Assembly: GCA_963526655.1 (NCBI GenBank)
Contig: CAUROB010000001.1
Coordinates: 1 to 47,586, forward strand
DNA: 47,586 nt
From: an uncultured Candidatus Saccharibacteria bacterium
GTDB lineage: Bacteria; Patescibacteriota; Saccharimonadia; Saccharimonadales; Saccharimonadaceae
Direction: 5' to 3'
Shown here: positions 1-10,478 of the stretch, one piece after another
Layout: every line of letters starts with the position of its first letter
Position numbering within the stretch: the stretch's first letter is position 1
Made by a program: the position numbers and the translations under genes
The notes under the pieces: generated by a model
Database searches by the model: none
Told to the model about the DNA's origin: nothing
Seen by the model: only the letters and a program-made list of their open reading frames with translations

Positions 1-312
1 ATCCTGGCGGCACTGATCAATATCATCACTCAATACAAGCTGCGCAAAGTCAGCCTAGCGCGCTTTCGCCATCAATTAATTATTTGGTTGGTTATCATGA
101 TTGTTCTAGTGGGATCGTTCCCGATGTATAACATCTCTCTTGGACATCCGCCGCTGGATTCATCAGAACTCAGCCTATTTGATATCCTGCAAACTACCAC
201 TATCATCCTCCTGTTCTATATCGCTAACACACAGCGACAGCGTATCGACCAAAATGAGCGTAGACTGCGCGATTTACATCAAGAATTATCAATCAGATTG
301 TCTAAAAAATAG
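1..312 (+). CDS. Small membrane protein, 5'-truncated by window (DUF2304-like, glycosylation-associated)
   Basis: Frame 1 open from base 1 to TAG at 310-312; hydrophobic segments followed by a coiled-coil-like tail (RLRDLHQELSIRLS); next to glycan locus. Confidence 0.6.
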   Translation: MLAALINIITQYKLRKVSLARFRHQLIIWLVIMIVLVGSFPMYNISLGHPPLDSSELSLFDILQTTTIILLFYIANTQRQRIDQNERRLRDLHQELSIRLSKK

Positions 313-321
313 GTATACTAT

Positions 322-1116
322 CTAGCCTGTAATCATTCTTATCTTTGAGTCATCACCCCAAACTGCCGGCGAATCATACGGCCTGTCCGGAAACGCCCCA
401 TACTGCAATGTAATATTATAATTATTGTCTTGTATATATTGTTCAACTCGTTCAGCCAAACTCACTGGCTTACCAGAACAAATATTGATTATGCCTGTGA
501 CTTTATCCTGGGTGATAGCCGCCAACACTTGATCCGAAAATTCATCAATATGCAAAAAATCATATTTATTTTTGCCTGTCGTGAAAGGAAATTCTGTCTT
601 ACCGTCAGCGGCAGCTTGTGCGATTTTGGAGAATATCGAGTGGCCCCCCATATCATCACCATAGATATAAAAACCACGCAGCCAATATAAGGTAATGTCG
701 CTATCTTTTGCGAGCAGCATCATACTTTGCCGCAAGGCATTTTTGGCAACGCCGTATTGAGACAGTGGATTACACGGTGTCTGTTCATCGATTGCGCCTT
801 CCCAGTACCCAACCTCATGCATACTACCCATCACGGCCACATTCTTGCCGCCACCGTTGATATATGACCGCAAAAAATCGTAGTGATGAGAGAGATTTTT
901 CATATGTTCTGGTGAATTGTGTCGAAAGCCATCTCGCCAAGCTAAATGCAGTAAAACATCAGGTTTTTGTAACACTTCAAATATATTGTCGTGTTGAGCA
1001 AAAATATCGATATCGCTCGACCTATCAATAGCTATTACCTCGTGGCCATTCTTTTTAGCTAGCGTAGCAATGTGACGCCCAATATATCCACTTGCTCCAG
1101 TGATGGCAATTTTCAC
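322..1116 (-). CDS. NAD-dependent epimerase/dehydratase (nucleotide-sugar SDR)
   Basis: ITGASGYIG Rossmann motif, YGVAK (YxxxK) catalytic motif. Confidence 0.9.
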   Translation of the reverse strand: MKIAITGASGYIGRHIATLAKKNGHEVIAIDRSSDIDIFAQHDNIFEVLQKPDVLLHLAWRDGFRHNSPEHMKNLSHHYDFLRSYINGGGKNVAVMGSMHEVGYWEGAIDEQTPCNPLSQYGVAKNALRQSMMLLAKDSDITLYWLRGFYIYGDDMGGHSIFSKIAQAAADGKTEFPFTTGKNKYDFLHIDEFSDQVLAAITQDKVTGIINICSGKPVSLAERVEQYIQDNNYNITLQYGAFPDRPYDSPAVWGDDSKIRMITG

Positions 1117-1907
1117 CCGTTGCTCCGCTCACTGAGTCGATATACTGATGAGATGATTTTAGCTATCGGTTTTGGCCAAAACTTTGACAAGATCATATAC
1201 TCTTCTCTGGCACGGGCATTGTCGCCGATCGCCTTGGTGGTGATTGAACCTTCGTGAATACGATGACCCATTAGCGATTTTTTGATATACCCAAAGCCAT
1301 AGGTATTTTTCGACAATTTTTCCCACGCCCAATAATCAAACGTCGCTATCAAATTAGACTCAAAAACCGGGAGCTTGTAGTGACCTTTTACAAAAGTCAC
1401 AGCTGGACAGCAAATTGGATCACCAAAAGACAGAAGCAATCTCTTAGTAAATCGACTTTTCTTGGAAATCGCCAGCGGCCAGCAAAGCATATTTTTAATA
1501 ACTAAATTTAGAGATTTAGTCACTGCAAAATTGCCTTTGATGTCGTACGCCCTGGTAAAAATAATGCAACTATCTTGATGTTTTTCATAGTACGCAACCA
1601 CCTCTGAAGAATAATTATAGTCATATATTTCATCGTGGTTAGCGACGGTGGTTAGCGTCGTCTTAGAAACTGACAGCCCAAAATCAAAATCACTTGCTGC
1701 ACCTTTACCCCTGTCTTTTTCTGGTCGAGCAATTACTTTTAAGCCATACTTTTTAGCGATAGCATCAATGAAATCATTTGGTGTTGATGTAGCAATTACA
1801 ACATCACTATTATATTGCTGATTCATCACAGATTTAATACAATCTTCCAAAAATGGTGATTCTTTATAGGCTAAAACAACAAAAGTGTGTTCTGACTTGC
1901 TGCTCAT
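1113..1907 (-). CDS. Glycosyltransferase family 2
   Basis: N-terminal FVVLAYKESPFLEDCIKSV, ICCPAVTF and HRIH motifs typical of GT-A/GT2. Confidence 0.85.
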   Translation of the reverse strand: MSSKSEHTFVVLAYKESPFLEDCIKSVMNQQYNSDVVIATSTPNDFIDAIAKKYGLKVIARPEKDRGKGAASDFDFGLSVSKTTLTTVANHDEIYDYNYSSEVVAYYEKHQDSCIIFTRAYDIKGNFAVTKSLNLVIKNMLCWPLAISKKSRFTKRLLLSFGDPICCPAVTFVKGHYKLPVFESNLIATFDYWAWEKLSKNTYGFGYIKKSLMGHRIHEGSITTKAIGDNARAREEYMILSKFWPKPIAKIISSVYRLSERSNG

Positions 1908-2896
1908 TATTTTTTCCTTGCAAATTTATGATTAACCGCCCAGGCATATAACTTGACGATTATCGATTGTGGTAATAAATCATACAGTCGCCAGTTCATA
2001 TCTTTCTTTGCTGCCGGCATCGTAGTATTTTTCCACGGCGTCAGGTGTAGATATTTACGCCACAAAATACCAACTGGGTTTTCATTACCTTGCTGCCATG
2101 GCCGACCATTTATACCAAACTGTGAGTGAATAATCTTTGGTGTGTAGTAACTCTCCATGATCTCATCATAGCTATAAAAGCTTTCGGGTAAGAAGCCGTT
2201 AGCTTTGATGTATTTTTTAATATCATAGCCATAGAACACAGTCGAGAAATTATACTCCACACCAACCTTCTTGATCTTGCCTTTGAAAAATACATTACAT
2301 AGATCTTGGTCAGCCACCTCATAGTGATTATGTCGCAAATGCTCGCGCATCTTGGCATCAATCTTATCTTTCATCCATTTTTTGTGATTAATCAGCATAA
2401 TTCCACAGTTAAAATAGCCGTCGGTTGGTTTCAAGCCGATAACGTCTTTATGTGCATTCACCATGGTAGCGTCATATGACAGCGCCATCACATTATCTTC
2501 AAAATCAAGCTCTAAAAGACCATCAAGCGCTCCGCTAATCACCGTGTGTGGGTTAATGTACAAGATTCGGTCTGTTTTGATATCAAGCTTAGCAAACGCC
2601 AGCATTTTATACCATGTGATATACAGCCCCTTCCACGCCTTGACGCCGATCTCTTTCAGTTCATCGGGGTAGCTTGAGACATCAACAAACGTGATTGTGG
2701 CATTTTGGTAGTTACCAACCATTTTATTAAACTTATTGATGCTAGCTTTTTTGAGCTGGTGTCCGAGATAAAAAATATTAATCTCTTTCAAGTGTTTGTT
2801 GTTTTCCAAAAGTGACACAATAGAAATTGCACTCACTACCGCATAATTGTCGTCGCTCTGGTATATAACGTTTAGAATTCCTTTATTCACGGTCAC
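1907..2896 (-). CDS. Glycosyltransferase family 8 (DxD motif degenerate)
   Basis: SDDNYA..SI.SLLENN, YFNCGIMLIN, DQDLCN, IIH and PW motifs of GT8. Confidence 0.85.
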   Translation of the reverse strand: MTVNKGILNVIYQSDDNYAVVSAISIVSLLENNKHLKEINIFYLGHQLKKASINKFNKMVGNYQNATITFVDVSSYPDELKEIGVKAWKGLYITWYKMLAFAKLDIKTDRILYINPHTVISGALDGLLELDFEDNVMALSYDATMVNAHKDVIGLKPTDGYFNCGIMLINHKKWMKDKIDAKMREHLRHNHYEVADQDLCNVFFKGKIKKVGVEYNFSTVFYGYDIKKYIKANGFLPESFYSYDEIMESYYTPKIIHSQFGINGRPWQQGNENPVGILWRKYLHLTPWKNTTMPAAKKDMNWRLYDLLPQSIIVKLYAWAVNHKFARKK

Positions 2897-2902
2897 AACC
2901 TC

Positions 2903-3760
2903 CTACTCATTCGCCGGTAACTGATTAACATAATCTTCCAACAGGCCTGTGTAGTCACTTGGTGTAAAACCCGTTTGACGCAATTTTGACAAATCCATGT
3001 CGCTGTTGAGTGGTCGCGGTGCAAAGCCTGGCTTACTGGCAGCGTATTCCTCGGTAGAAATTGGCTGCACACGACTACGGTCATGTCCAGCATATTCGAA
3101 GACGTCGGCAGCAATTTCATACCATGACTTGACTGGACCATCATTGGATACATTATACAGTCCGTACGCCACGTTATTGTCCAAGAAATATTTGGTAGCT
3201 CGAGCGATCTCTGACGCAAACGTCAGCCGACCAAATTGATCATTGACAACTTTTGGATTGATGCGCATATCCGCCAAGTTTTTCATAGTTTTTGGCATAT
3301 TATGTCCATCGCCAACAACCCATGACACTCGCATGATGTAGTGTTTTGGTACCAAACTAACCACCAAATCACCCGCCGCTTTACTTTCTCCATAGACCAG
3401 TAGCGGTGCAACAACTTCATCGTCTTGATGGTTCTTTTCACGACCATCCCAAACATAATCTGACGAATAGTGAACAAGGGTTTTGTTTTGCTCAATCGCA
3501 ATTTTAGCGAGGTTACGTGGACCATAAGCATTAGCTAGCCACGTCTTAGCACGCAGCTCATCTGTCTCAGAACCATCGGCATTAACCAAAGCTGCTGCAT
3601 TGATGATAACGTCGTATTTTGACCAGTCAAACGCCTTTACTTGTTCCTCATCGGCTATATCCAACTCTTCTCGTGATAATGCCTTAGCGTCTGGAAACAT
3701 GGCACACAACGCCCTACCTAGTTGTCCGCCTGCTCCTAAAATTACGTATTTCTTACTCAT
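2903..3760 (-). CDS. rfbD: dTDP-4-dehydrorhamnose reductase
   Basis: LGAGGQLG, HYSSDYVWDG, YGESK, VNDQFG and APRPLNS motifs of RmlD. Confidence 0.88.
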   Translation of the reverse strand: MSKKYVILGAGGQLGRALCAMFPDAKALSREELDIADEEQVKAFDWSKYDVIINAAALVNADGSETDELRAKTWLANAYGPRNLAKIAIEQNKTLVHYSSDYVWDGREKNHQDDEVVAPLLVYGESKAAGDLVVSLVPKHYIMRVSWVVGDGHNMPKTMKNLADMRINPKVVNDQFGRLTFASEIARATKYFLDNNVAYGLYNVSNDGPVKSWYEIAADVFEYAGHDRSRVQPISTEEYAASKPGFAPRPLNSDMDLSKLRQTGFTPSDYTGLLEDYVNQLPANE

Positions 3761-5013
3761 AACTCCCCTTTATCTTTGTCAGTTATTATAGCATCTTTTA
3801 ACGACCGCTTGTAGATGACTAACAAAAGTGCTAGTTGCAACAAGCTAATCAGCATAAAAACTAGCACACTGCCTAACATCGCTAATCGCTCAATCAGACA
3901 CATAGACACTGCTACCGCCAAAATATCCGTGAGTAGCAGTGCATAAAACTGTCCCTTAAACCGACGCATAATGATCAGCAAATTAACATAAATCGACACG
4001 AAAGCATTCGCCGCCGCACCAATCACCATAATTGTTAAATCGAGTTGGAAATTGTTAATATTGATGCCAAAAATAGTATTAAGCACCCAAACACCAACCA
4101 AATAACTCAGAACAACCGAAAGCACTCCTATGCCAAAAGTTATGTGATTAATTTTACTAACAATTCGTGCAAACTCCTTCAGTTTTCCTTTTACTAACAA
4201 TTCAGATAGATTCACCACATTTGGCTGAATGATAAATGATATAAAAAGACCAAGGAGCGTAATCGGCATTGCCATAATACCAAAGTAACCAATCTGGTCA
4301 GGGTGTGACTTATCTAAAAAATACCGCGGGATATTGAGTGAAAACATCGTCAAAAACATTACAACAAACACTGCTGACGTGTGTTTCATGATGGCAATAG
4401 CTTGACCAGTATATTCTTTGAGGAGTTTTTTATTCACAGCGATGGTTTCAACACGCCGCACCCAAAGTATATCGTAGAGAAATATGATAAGCACATTAAC
4501 CAGCAGTATCGCCAACGTACCGTATATGACATTTTTGGTGACAATGTCAACCGCCATGAACGCCGTAAAACCAAGCATCGCTTTCATAGTTAATGACATA
4601 CCAGCGACATATAATTTATGATGAATTTGTAAAACACCATACAGCGAGTCAGCGATTGATTCTAATATCTTAAAGGTTACTAAAATCATGATCAGACCTG
4701 TTTTTGTAGTGTTATAGCCGTTCAGCACACAGAATACTACTGCGGAAATCGCCACAATAAGTGATGCGATGAAGCGTACGGCGACGTATCCACCACTCGA
4801 AAACTCCCGCTTAACATCAGACACTTGATAGGTCCGACCACCCCATAAAGAAACCGCCCAAAACACCACTGAGAGTGACAACGCAAACGAAAACAGTCCA
4901 GAATCGTCAATGCCATTTAGTCGAGTGATGACAATTAGTAATACCGGAGAAATCGCACTCTGTAGCAATGAACCCAGCGAGTTCCAGAGATAATCTTTTT
5001 TGATATTTTGCAT
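3757..5013 (-). CDS. Wzx-like polysaccharide flippase / MOP exporter
   Basis: 418 aa, ~12 hydrophobic segments, YLWNSLGS start, RTYQVSD motif, glycan locus context. Confidence 0.8.
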   Translation of the reverse strand: MQNIKKDYLWNSLGSLLQSAISPVLLIVITRLNGIDDSGLFSFALSLSVVFWAVSLWGGRTYQVSDVKREFSSGGYVAVRFIASLIVAISAVVFCVLNGYNTTKTGLIMILVTFKILESIADSLYGVLQIHHKLYVAGMSLTMKAMLGFTAFMAVDIVTKNVIYGTLAILLVNVLIIFLYDILWVRRVETIAVNKKLLKEYTGQAIAIMKHTSAVFVVMFLTMFSLNIPRYFLDKSHPDQIGYFGIMAMPITLLGLFISFIIQPNVVNLSELLVKGKLKEFARIVSKINHITFGIGVLSVVLSYLVGVWVLNTIFGININNFQLDLTIMVIGAAANAFVSIYVNLLIIMRRFKGQFYALLLTDILAVAVSMCLIERLAMLGSVLVFMLISLLQLALLLVIYKRSLKDAIITDKDKGEL

Positions 5014-5027
5014 ACAGTCGCCTCACG

Positions 5028-6458
5028 TTACGGGGTATACATGAAATACCGCTGAAACGTTATCAATAGCGCCATTATCACCAATAATAAAATGATTAGC
5101 GATGAAATCATGATGATATTTTTCTTATCTTGAGGTTTTAGCTCAGCTCCTCGACCCAAAAATATCGCCATGAAAATTATGATAAGTGTTGGCAAGAAAT
5201 AGCGACCTTGGACCCCGTAGATGATGTCAAAGTTATATGGTGTATACGTTAGATAGATAGCTACATTAACTGCAATAAAATGTACCACAGCCAAACCTCC
5301 AGCTAACCAACGCCAAGAGTTCGGGATAGTAAGCTTGCTCTTATTTTTTCCTAATGATACTGTCGCTGTCATTCCCAGCACAAAGAGATATATATAACCC
5401 ATCCATAATGGATATAGTGTATCGGCCGCACCAAAAGTACCAATTACACCTCGAGCCTCATCATCACCAAATGATGTCATATATGAATTCCACAAAACAC
5501 GAGGTCCTCGTCTTGGATGTTCTTTGAGATTCTGTAATTGTTTATCTGATTGTATATTTTGAGGCAATGAATCACTTCTGTATTCATATTCGCCTGCATT
5601 GTTCGCCATCACTATATTAGCTCCAAGCAGCAATACACTGATAACGGCAGCGGTAATCGACCAACGCCAAAAATGCTTCTTTTTTACCAAAATAATGATC
5701 AATGGTAAAAACAGATATAGTAGCGGTTTAGACCAAACGATCGCACCGCACAGCATAGCTAATTTAATCCATTGATTACGTTGGATGTCGGTCGATTGTA
5801 CATACAGGCGTAGCGTATATGCAAGGAATAACAATAATAAAGCATATGATACTCCATCCGTTCCTACCATAGACTGCTGGAATAACATCATTGGCAACAA
5901 CGCAACAAACGTAAATAAATATTTTTTAGCTGGCAATAGTTTAAGGGCAAAATAAACTATTGCCACTGATGCTAGGGCTAATAATATTCGTGCGACATAA
6001 AGAGAAATGACTGGGCTGAGATTAAAGACATTAGCCAAGAATACGCCTGGAACAGCTGGCAAATAGGTTAGGAAATTGTATGAAACCATAGGCGGTTGAT
6101 ACCGCTCACTTGGGTTCAATGATCTCTTGACGGCTTGCTTAGTACGATTAAAATCATATTTTTTAGCTGAAAAACCGCGAATCTCATCATCATAGAACGT
6201 TAGTCTCAGCGTCTCACCAACAGACTTTGGCAAACTAGCACCAGTGCTTTTTGGGTTGACTGGTATAATATGTCCATGCGCGATATATTGCACACGAATA
6301 TAATGCTCTGGCTCATCAGGACCTTGAAATGGAGGGGTGATGACCGCAAAGCCTAATGCACCAATTAACCCAACTATAAGGTAGATTTTATGCGGCTGAC
6401 TACACAGCAGCACTAACTTTTTCTTGATAATATCAAGCTTCTCTCGCACCGTCTTCAT
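5028..6458 (-). CDS. DUF2142-like multi-pass membrane protein (putative GT-C glycosyltransferase)
   Basis: TPPFQGPDEPEH after TM1 and GVQGRYFLP near C-terminus. Confidence 0.8.
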   Translation of the reverse strand: MKTVREKLDIIKKKLVLLCSQPHKIYLIVGLIGALGFAVITPPFQGPDEPEHYIRVQYIAHGHIIPVNPKSTGASLPKSVGETLRLTFYDDEIRGFSAKKYDFNRTKQAVKRSLNPSERYQPPMVSYNFLTYLPAVPGVFLANVFNLSPVISLYVARILLALASVAIVYFALKLLPAKKYLFTFVALLPMMLFQQSMVGTDGVSYALLLLFLAYTLRLYVQSTDIQRNQWIKLAMLCGAIVWSKPLLYLFLPLIIILVKKKHFWRWSITAAVISVLLLGANIVMANNAGEYEYRSDSLPQNIQSDKQLQNLKEHPRRGPRVLWNSYMTSFGDDEARGVIGTFGAADTLYPLWMGYIYLFVLGMTATVSLGKNKSKLTIPNSWRWLAGGLAVVHFIAVNVAIYLTYTPYNFDIIYGVQGRYFLPTLIIIFMAIFLGRGAELKPQDKKNIIMISSLIILLLVIMALLITFQRYFMYTP

Positions 6459-6493
6459 ATAGCACTAATTATACACTTATGTTCGCTGTTTTG

Positions 6494-8818
6494 CTATATG
6501 AGTTCACCCTTAGCTAGTAGACTAACTGTGATATAGGAAATCTTAACGATAGGCAGTTTTTCTTTATTCAGCTCAACAAATTTTTGCCAACTACGAATCG
6601 GGTGCAAAGTTCCGTTCTTTAGATGATAGATTGTACCACCTGGATCGCCCACAAACTGCGGCAGTTTTGCTTCTTTGGTCAGCATGGCGCATGTTTTGCT
6701 TTGTAGTGGATATGGGTTTTGTGACGGTAGGTGTAATTCAAATAATTTACCGCCCATTCCTAAGTAACTGCGACCCTCGCAATTGACATATGGAGACAAG
6801 ACTCGGTTGCTGACTTTGTATTTTTCAACCACCCTGTCATCAACTTGACGGATGGCGCCATTGACACCCAAATCAGCAGCTTGATCGAAGTGTGACAACG
6901 GGATGAGTGTGTCGTATCCATCAGAAACATATACCGTACCATTAGAGGGTGCTTTCACCATTTTACCGGGTGCAAAGACCACGTTGCCTGAAGGAATCTT
7001 TCGAATAGTCTCACCAGATAGCCAAGCGATAGTTGGTCGCTCAGTCTTAGTGATGGCAAATACATCCTCCATAGCAACTATCGGTCGTTTCTGGCGTGAT
7101 TCCATGACATATACCGTGCCATTATCTGACGATTTCAGGGTTACAACATCGTCCAGCGCCCCAGATCCAGGCAATGAGCGGACTGTTTCGTCTGATAGTG
7201 CCAGCGGACTGACTGGTATGTCTTGTGGCTTGGTGACTTTCTTTTTACCTTGATTGGTGATAAGGAAGGTTTCCCCGGCTGGGTTTTTAACATAATCATC
7301 GACTGTTTGGCTGGTTTGCGGTAATTTGTTGATGCTTTCTTGTTGCAATACGCCGCCGCCAAGTGATTGCAGAGTTTGATCGACATATTCAGAGTGTTTG
7401 ATGTTGTGTAGTGTTCCGTTGCTGATCAGTTTTTGATGACCAGTGTCCCTGTTTCTCACGACCGCTGCCTCTCTGACGATTGGCGTGCCATATGGTAGAT
7501 ATTGAATGGCTGATTCGCCTAGTACATTATATCCCTGGTCGTATTGTTGCAAAGCTAATGATTTGTCATCCAAGACCTCACGGCGCGTACCATTTTGGAT
7601 ATAGAATCGCTTACCACTAGTTGTCTTATAACCGTGTCCCATGCGCGGACCGTGATAGAATTTATTCACTTGTGCCTCAGTCAGTAACATACTATTGCCA
7701 CAATCCATGCCGTATTGTGCCACCATGGCACAGGTTGTAAACGCCAGCCTAATACCAGAATCATAGAAATACACCGTGCCGTCAGGTGATCGCATCAATC
7801 GGTTTGCCACCTGGCCTGTCGGAATTTTATCTAGATACGCTTGAGACACAAAACCAACACCACCCAGAGGAGATAATGCCGCCAAAATGTCATAGTTCGG
7901 CACCGGATATTTAACATTATCTGACACCAAGTAAACTGTTGCGTTATCATGAGACCTCAGCAAGGTACTGTTGACGTGGGTGCTACCAAACCACTCCCTA
8001 AACATATAGAAGAAGTTGCGGTTGCCGTATGCCCCACAGTGCGCCGTACCAGGATAGGCTGCTAGTGCTGCATCATTTGGTACATATGGTGTATAGATAT
8101 ATAGACTGGCAGTTGCGTAATTTTCAATATATACATCTCGGTAGCCACAAGCAGGGTTTGGATTATACAAAATTCTATTGACTCGACCCGGCTGATAATT
8201 ATAGTTTTGAATTTCGTTGCGATATTTTCGTAATTGCCAGGCGGCTTTATTTACTTGCTTATAAAAGCCAGCTTTCTCATTATCACAGTTTGCAGAATAG
8301 CCTGGACCACTGTCAGGACAGCCATAACCCATGGCATATTTGTACTGTGACCGCAGTGGCCAAGAGTCGGCAAACAACGGACCAGCCGATTCTTTTCTCA
8401 ATGTTACCAACAATACTTGTGGGTTAATTTGATAGCGTTGCGCAGCATCCCAGATGATTTGACCAGCATTGATACCACCAGGAAAGGCACCGCCACCACG
8501 ATCAAAGGAAGTCTCGCCGTTGTTTGGATTTTCGTGATAGTTTTGTAAACAAACGTATGGTGGACCATGCCAGCCACGCTGTGCTGCGTACTGGGCTTTG
8601 GTATTGCCGTGACCAGAAGGCCCAGTACCCCAGGTATCACACGCTGGTGTGTGCTGTTCGATGAACCGCTGTACCGCCGCCGCAGAGCCCATGGCTCGTG
8701 AGTCATAAAAAATCTCATCGTCAATAATTCTACCAGGGTTAAAGCCTGAAGCTCCAGCCCCCTGGGAGATAATAACTGCAAAGGTTACACTCAGTAATAA
8801 TCCTAATACTTTCTTCAT
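6494..8818 (-). CDS. Secreted surface protein: N-terminal putative lysozyme-like domain plus C-terminal tandem repeats
   Basis: Signal peptide; AAQRYQINPQVLLVTLRKES, AMGYGCPD, ATASLYIYTPY, GNRNF motifs; about nine GTVY-type repeats. Confidence 0.7.
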   Translation of the reverse strand: MKKVLGLLLSVTFAVIISQGAGASGFNPGRIIDDEIFYDSRAMGSAAAVQRFIEQHTPACDTWGTGPSGHGNTKAQYAAQRGWHGPPYVCLQNYHENPNNGETSFDRGGGAFPGGINAGQIIWDAAQRYQINPQVLLVTLRKESAGPLFADSWPLRSQYKYAMGYGCPDSGPGYSANCDNEKAGFYKQVNKAAWQLRKYRNEIQNYNYQPGRVNRILYNPNPACGYRDVYIENYATASLYIYTPYVPNDAALAAYPGTAHCGAYGNRNFFYMFREWFGSTHVNSTLLRSHDNATVYLVSDNVKYPVPNYDILAALSPLGGVGFVSQAYLDKIPTGQVANRLMRSPDGTVYFYDSGIRLAFTTCAMVAQYGMDCGNSMLLTEAQVNKFYHGPRMGHGYKTTSGKRFYIQNGTRREVLDDKSLALQQYDQGYNVLGESAIQYLPYGTPIVREAAVVRNRDTGHQKLISNGTLHNIKHSEYVDQTLQSLGGGVLQQESINKLPQTSQTVDDYVKNPAGETFLITNQGKKKVTKPQDIPVSPLALSDETVRSLPGSGALDDVVTLKSSDNGTVYVMESRQKRPIVAMEDVFAITKTERPTIAWLSGETIRKIPSGNVVFAPGKMVKAPSNGTVYVSDGYDTLIPLSHFDQAADLGVNGAIRQVDDRVVEKYKVSNRVLSPYVNCEGRSYLGMGGKLFELHLPSQNPYPLQSKTCAMLTKEAKLPQFVGDPGGTIYHLKNGTLHPIRSWQKFVELNKEKLPIVKISYITVSLLAKGELI

Positions 8819-9424
8819 CTACTCAACCACCACCGTCATACCGTCAGCTACACCGTGAGACCTGCCTGAATTATACTCGATTGACACTGTCCACTTACCA
8901 GCAGCTCCTAATTCATCTCTGCTTACCCGCATCGTTTGGCACGACGTTGAGCTTGGACCAGGAATTGCCCCGGCTGTCTTTTTGACGACTCGATTGCCCA
9001 GTGTAAATACATAGGTACATGTACCATCCTGCTCGACAGCGTTCGTTACAAATCCGCTAGCGGTGATAGTATGCTTATCAACTGACTGTTCAACACTAGT
9101 CATCAGCACATAGACTGATTGTTTTTTTGTTTGAGGGTCGGTCTTTGGCTGCGGTGTCACATCAGTGTTTGGTCGAGCTGATTTATTATCTGGATTATCC
9201 TCGACATTTTTAGTGTCTTTTTTCTCAGTTTTGGTTTTGTTTGGATTTACTCCACGACCCTGATCGTCAACCGTAAAAGCCTTGTCCTGATCTGAAAATG
9301 GCAACCATTTATTATAGTAAGCTGCCGCCACATACGAGCCAGCAACAACAATTGTCGCCAGTAGTGATATACTGATAATTTTCTTGCGTGATAGTTTAGA
9401 AAGTTTTTTCTGTTTCATAGTCAT
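8819..9424 (-). CDS. Membrane-anchored hypothetical protein with C-terminal beta-rich (Ig-like) domain
   Basis: Basic N-terminus, single TM, low-complexity linker, two-Cys beta domain; start placed at ATG downstream of a TATCAT box. Confidence 0.7.
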   Translation of the reverse strand: MTMKQKKLSKLSRKKIISISLLATIVVAGSYVAAAYYNKWLPFSDQDKAFTVDDQGRGVNPNKTKTEKKDTKNVEDNPDNKSARPNTDVTPQPKTDPQTKKQSVYVLMTSVEQSVDKHTITASGFVTNAVEQDGTCTYVFTLGNRVVKKTAGAIPGPSSTSCQTMRVSRDELGAAGKWTVSIEYNSGRSHGVADGMTVVVE

Positions 9425-9473
9425 TACCCTAGGATAATGATACAGTAAAAAAACCAATTTTTCAAATTAACCA

Positions 9474-10478
9474 CTAGCTTTTTGATTTTGCTTCAACATG
9501 TTCTAACGAATATTTATCAATCGCCGTGTGGTCGTCCAATTTCGTCAACACTGCCCGACGTACGCCGCGCCATTTTTCTATATTATAAAAAATATTCAAC
9601 ACCAAGTAGAATAGCTTTCTTTTCCGTGAATATTGTTTATCACGCAGCGTAAATAACGTATCACGAATCCAACCGATGATGACCATTTTAGTTATCTGAG
9701 AAATGGTCGGTAGTGGCACATCAATACCCACACGACGAAGCCCCATTGTCTCGTCAAACATTCGCATTTTATATTCACGCAGCTTAAATTCATTAGAATG
9801 TAGCACATTACCCCTGGAGGCATAGGCTTTCATGTAGCCCGCGTTGATAACATCGCGGCCAAACAATTGATCTTCAGCATACGGAACATCTTGATATGGC
9901 AATTCACCAGTCAGATAACTGCGACGAGCAGCCGAGTTAACATCAGAATAAAACGCTACTTTATCATAGGTTTCCTGTTTTTTGATAAAAGAATCTTTGT
10001 AGAACAATGTTGTTCCAAAATCAGGACCAAAACCATTGAACACACCCATGATTTCGCGCTTCAACAAGGGAAAGGTGGTTGGCCGCGGGTCTTGTTTTCC
10101 CATAACACCAATGATACGGTCTGACAATTCAAACGGTTTCGTCATCTCATATAGCCAATATTTATGAGCGGGCGTAGCATCTTGTGACAAATAAACCACG
10201 ACGTCGCCTTTTGCATCATGAGCGGCGGCTGCCCGCGTCTTACCGTGACCATATTCCTCTTTTGTGATGGTTTTATACCGTAAGTTTGGGTGTTTTTTAG
10301 CATATTTTTTGATGATTTTTGGCGTCTTATCTGTGGAGCTTGTGTCGTAAATCAAAACTTCATAGGTTTTGTCAATTTTTTGTTTGAACACCATTTTTAG
10401 CAGATCATCCAAATAGTCCTCACCAAAATACGTTGGGATAAAAACAGTGATGTCGATTTTGTCCGTGTTGTTAACCAC
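9474..10478 (-). CDS. GT2 rhamnosyltransferase-like
   Basis: VFIPTYFGE, DTSSTDKT, YGHGKTR, YLSQDATP, AEDQ motifs. Confidence 0.85.
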   Translation of the reverse strand: MVNNTDKIDITVFIPTYFGEDYLDDLLKMVFKQKIDKTYEVLIYDTSSTDKTPKIIKKYAKKHPNLRYKTITKEEYGHGKTRAAAAHDAKGDVVVYLSQDATPAHKYWLYEMTKPFELSDRIIGVMGKQDPRPTTFPLLKREIMGVFNGFGPDFGTTLFYKDSFIKKQETYDKVAFYSDVNSAARRSYLTGELPYQDVPYAEDQLFGRDVINAGYMKAYASRGNVLHSNEFKLREYKMRMFDETMGLRRVGIDVPLPTISQITKMVIIGWIRDTLFTLRDKQYSRKRKLFYLVLNIFYNIEKWRGVRRAVLTKLDDHTAIDKYSLEHVEAKSKS

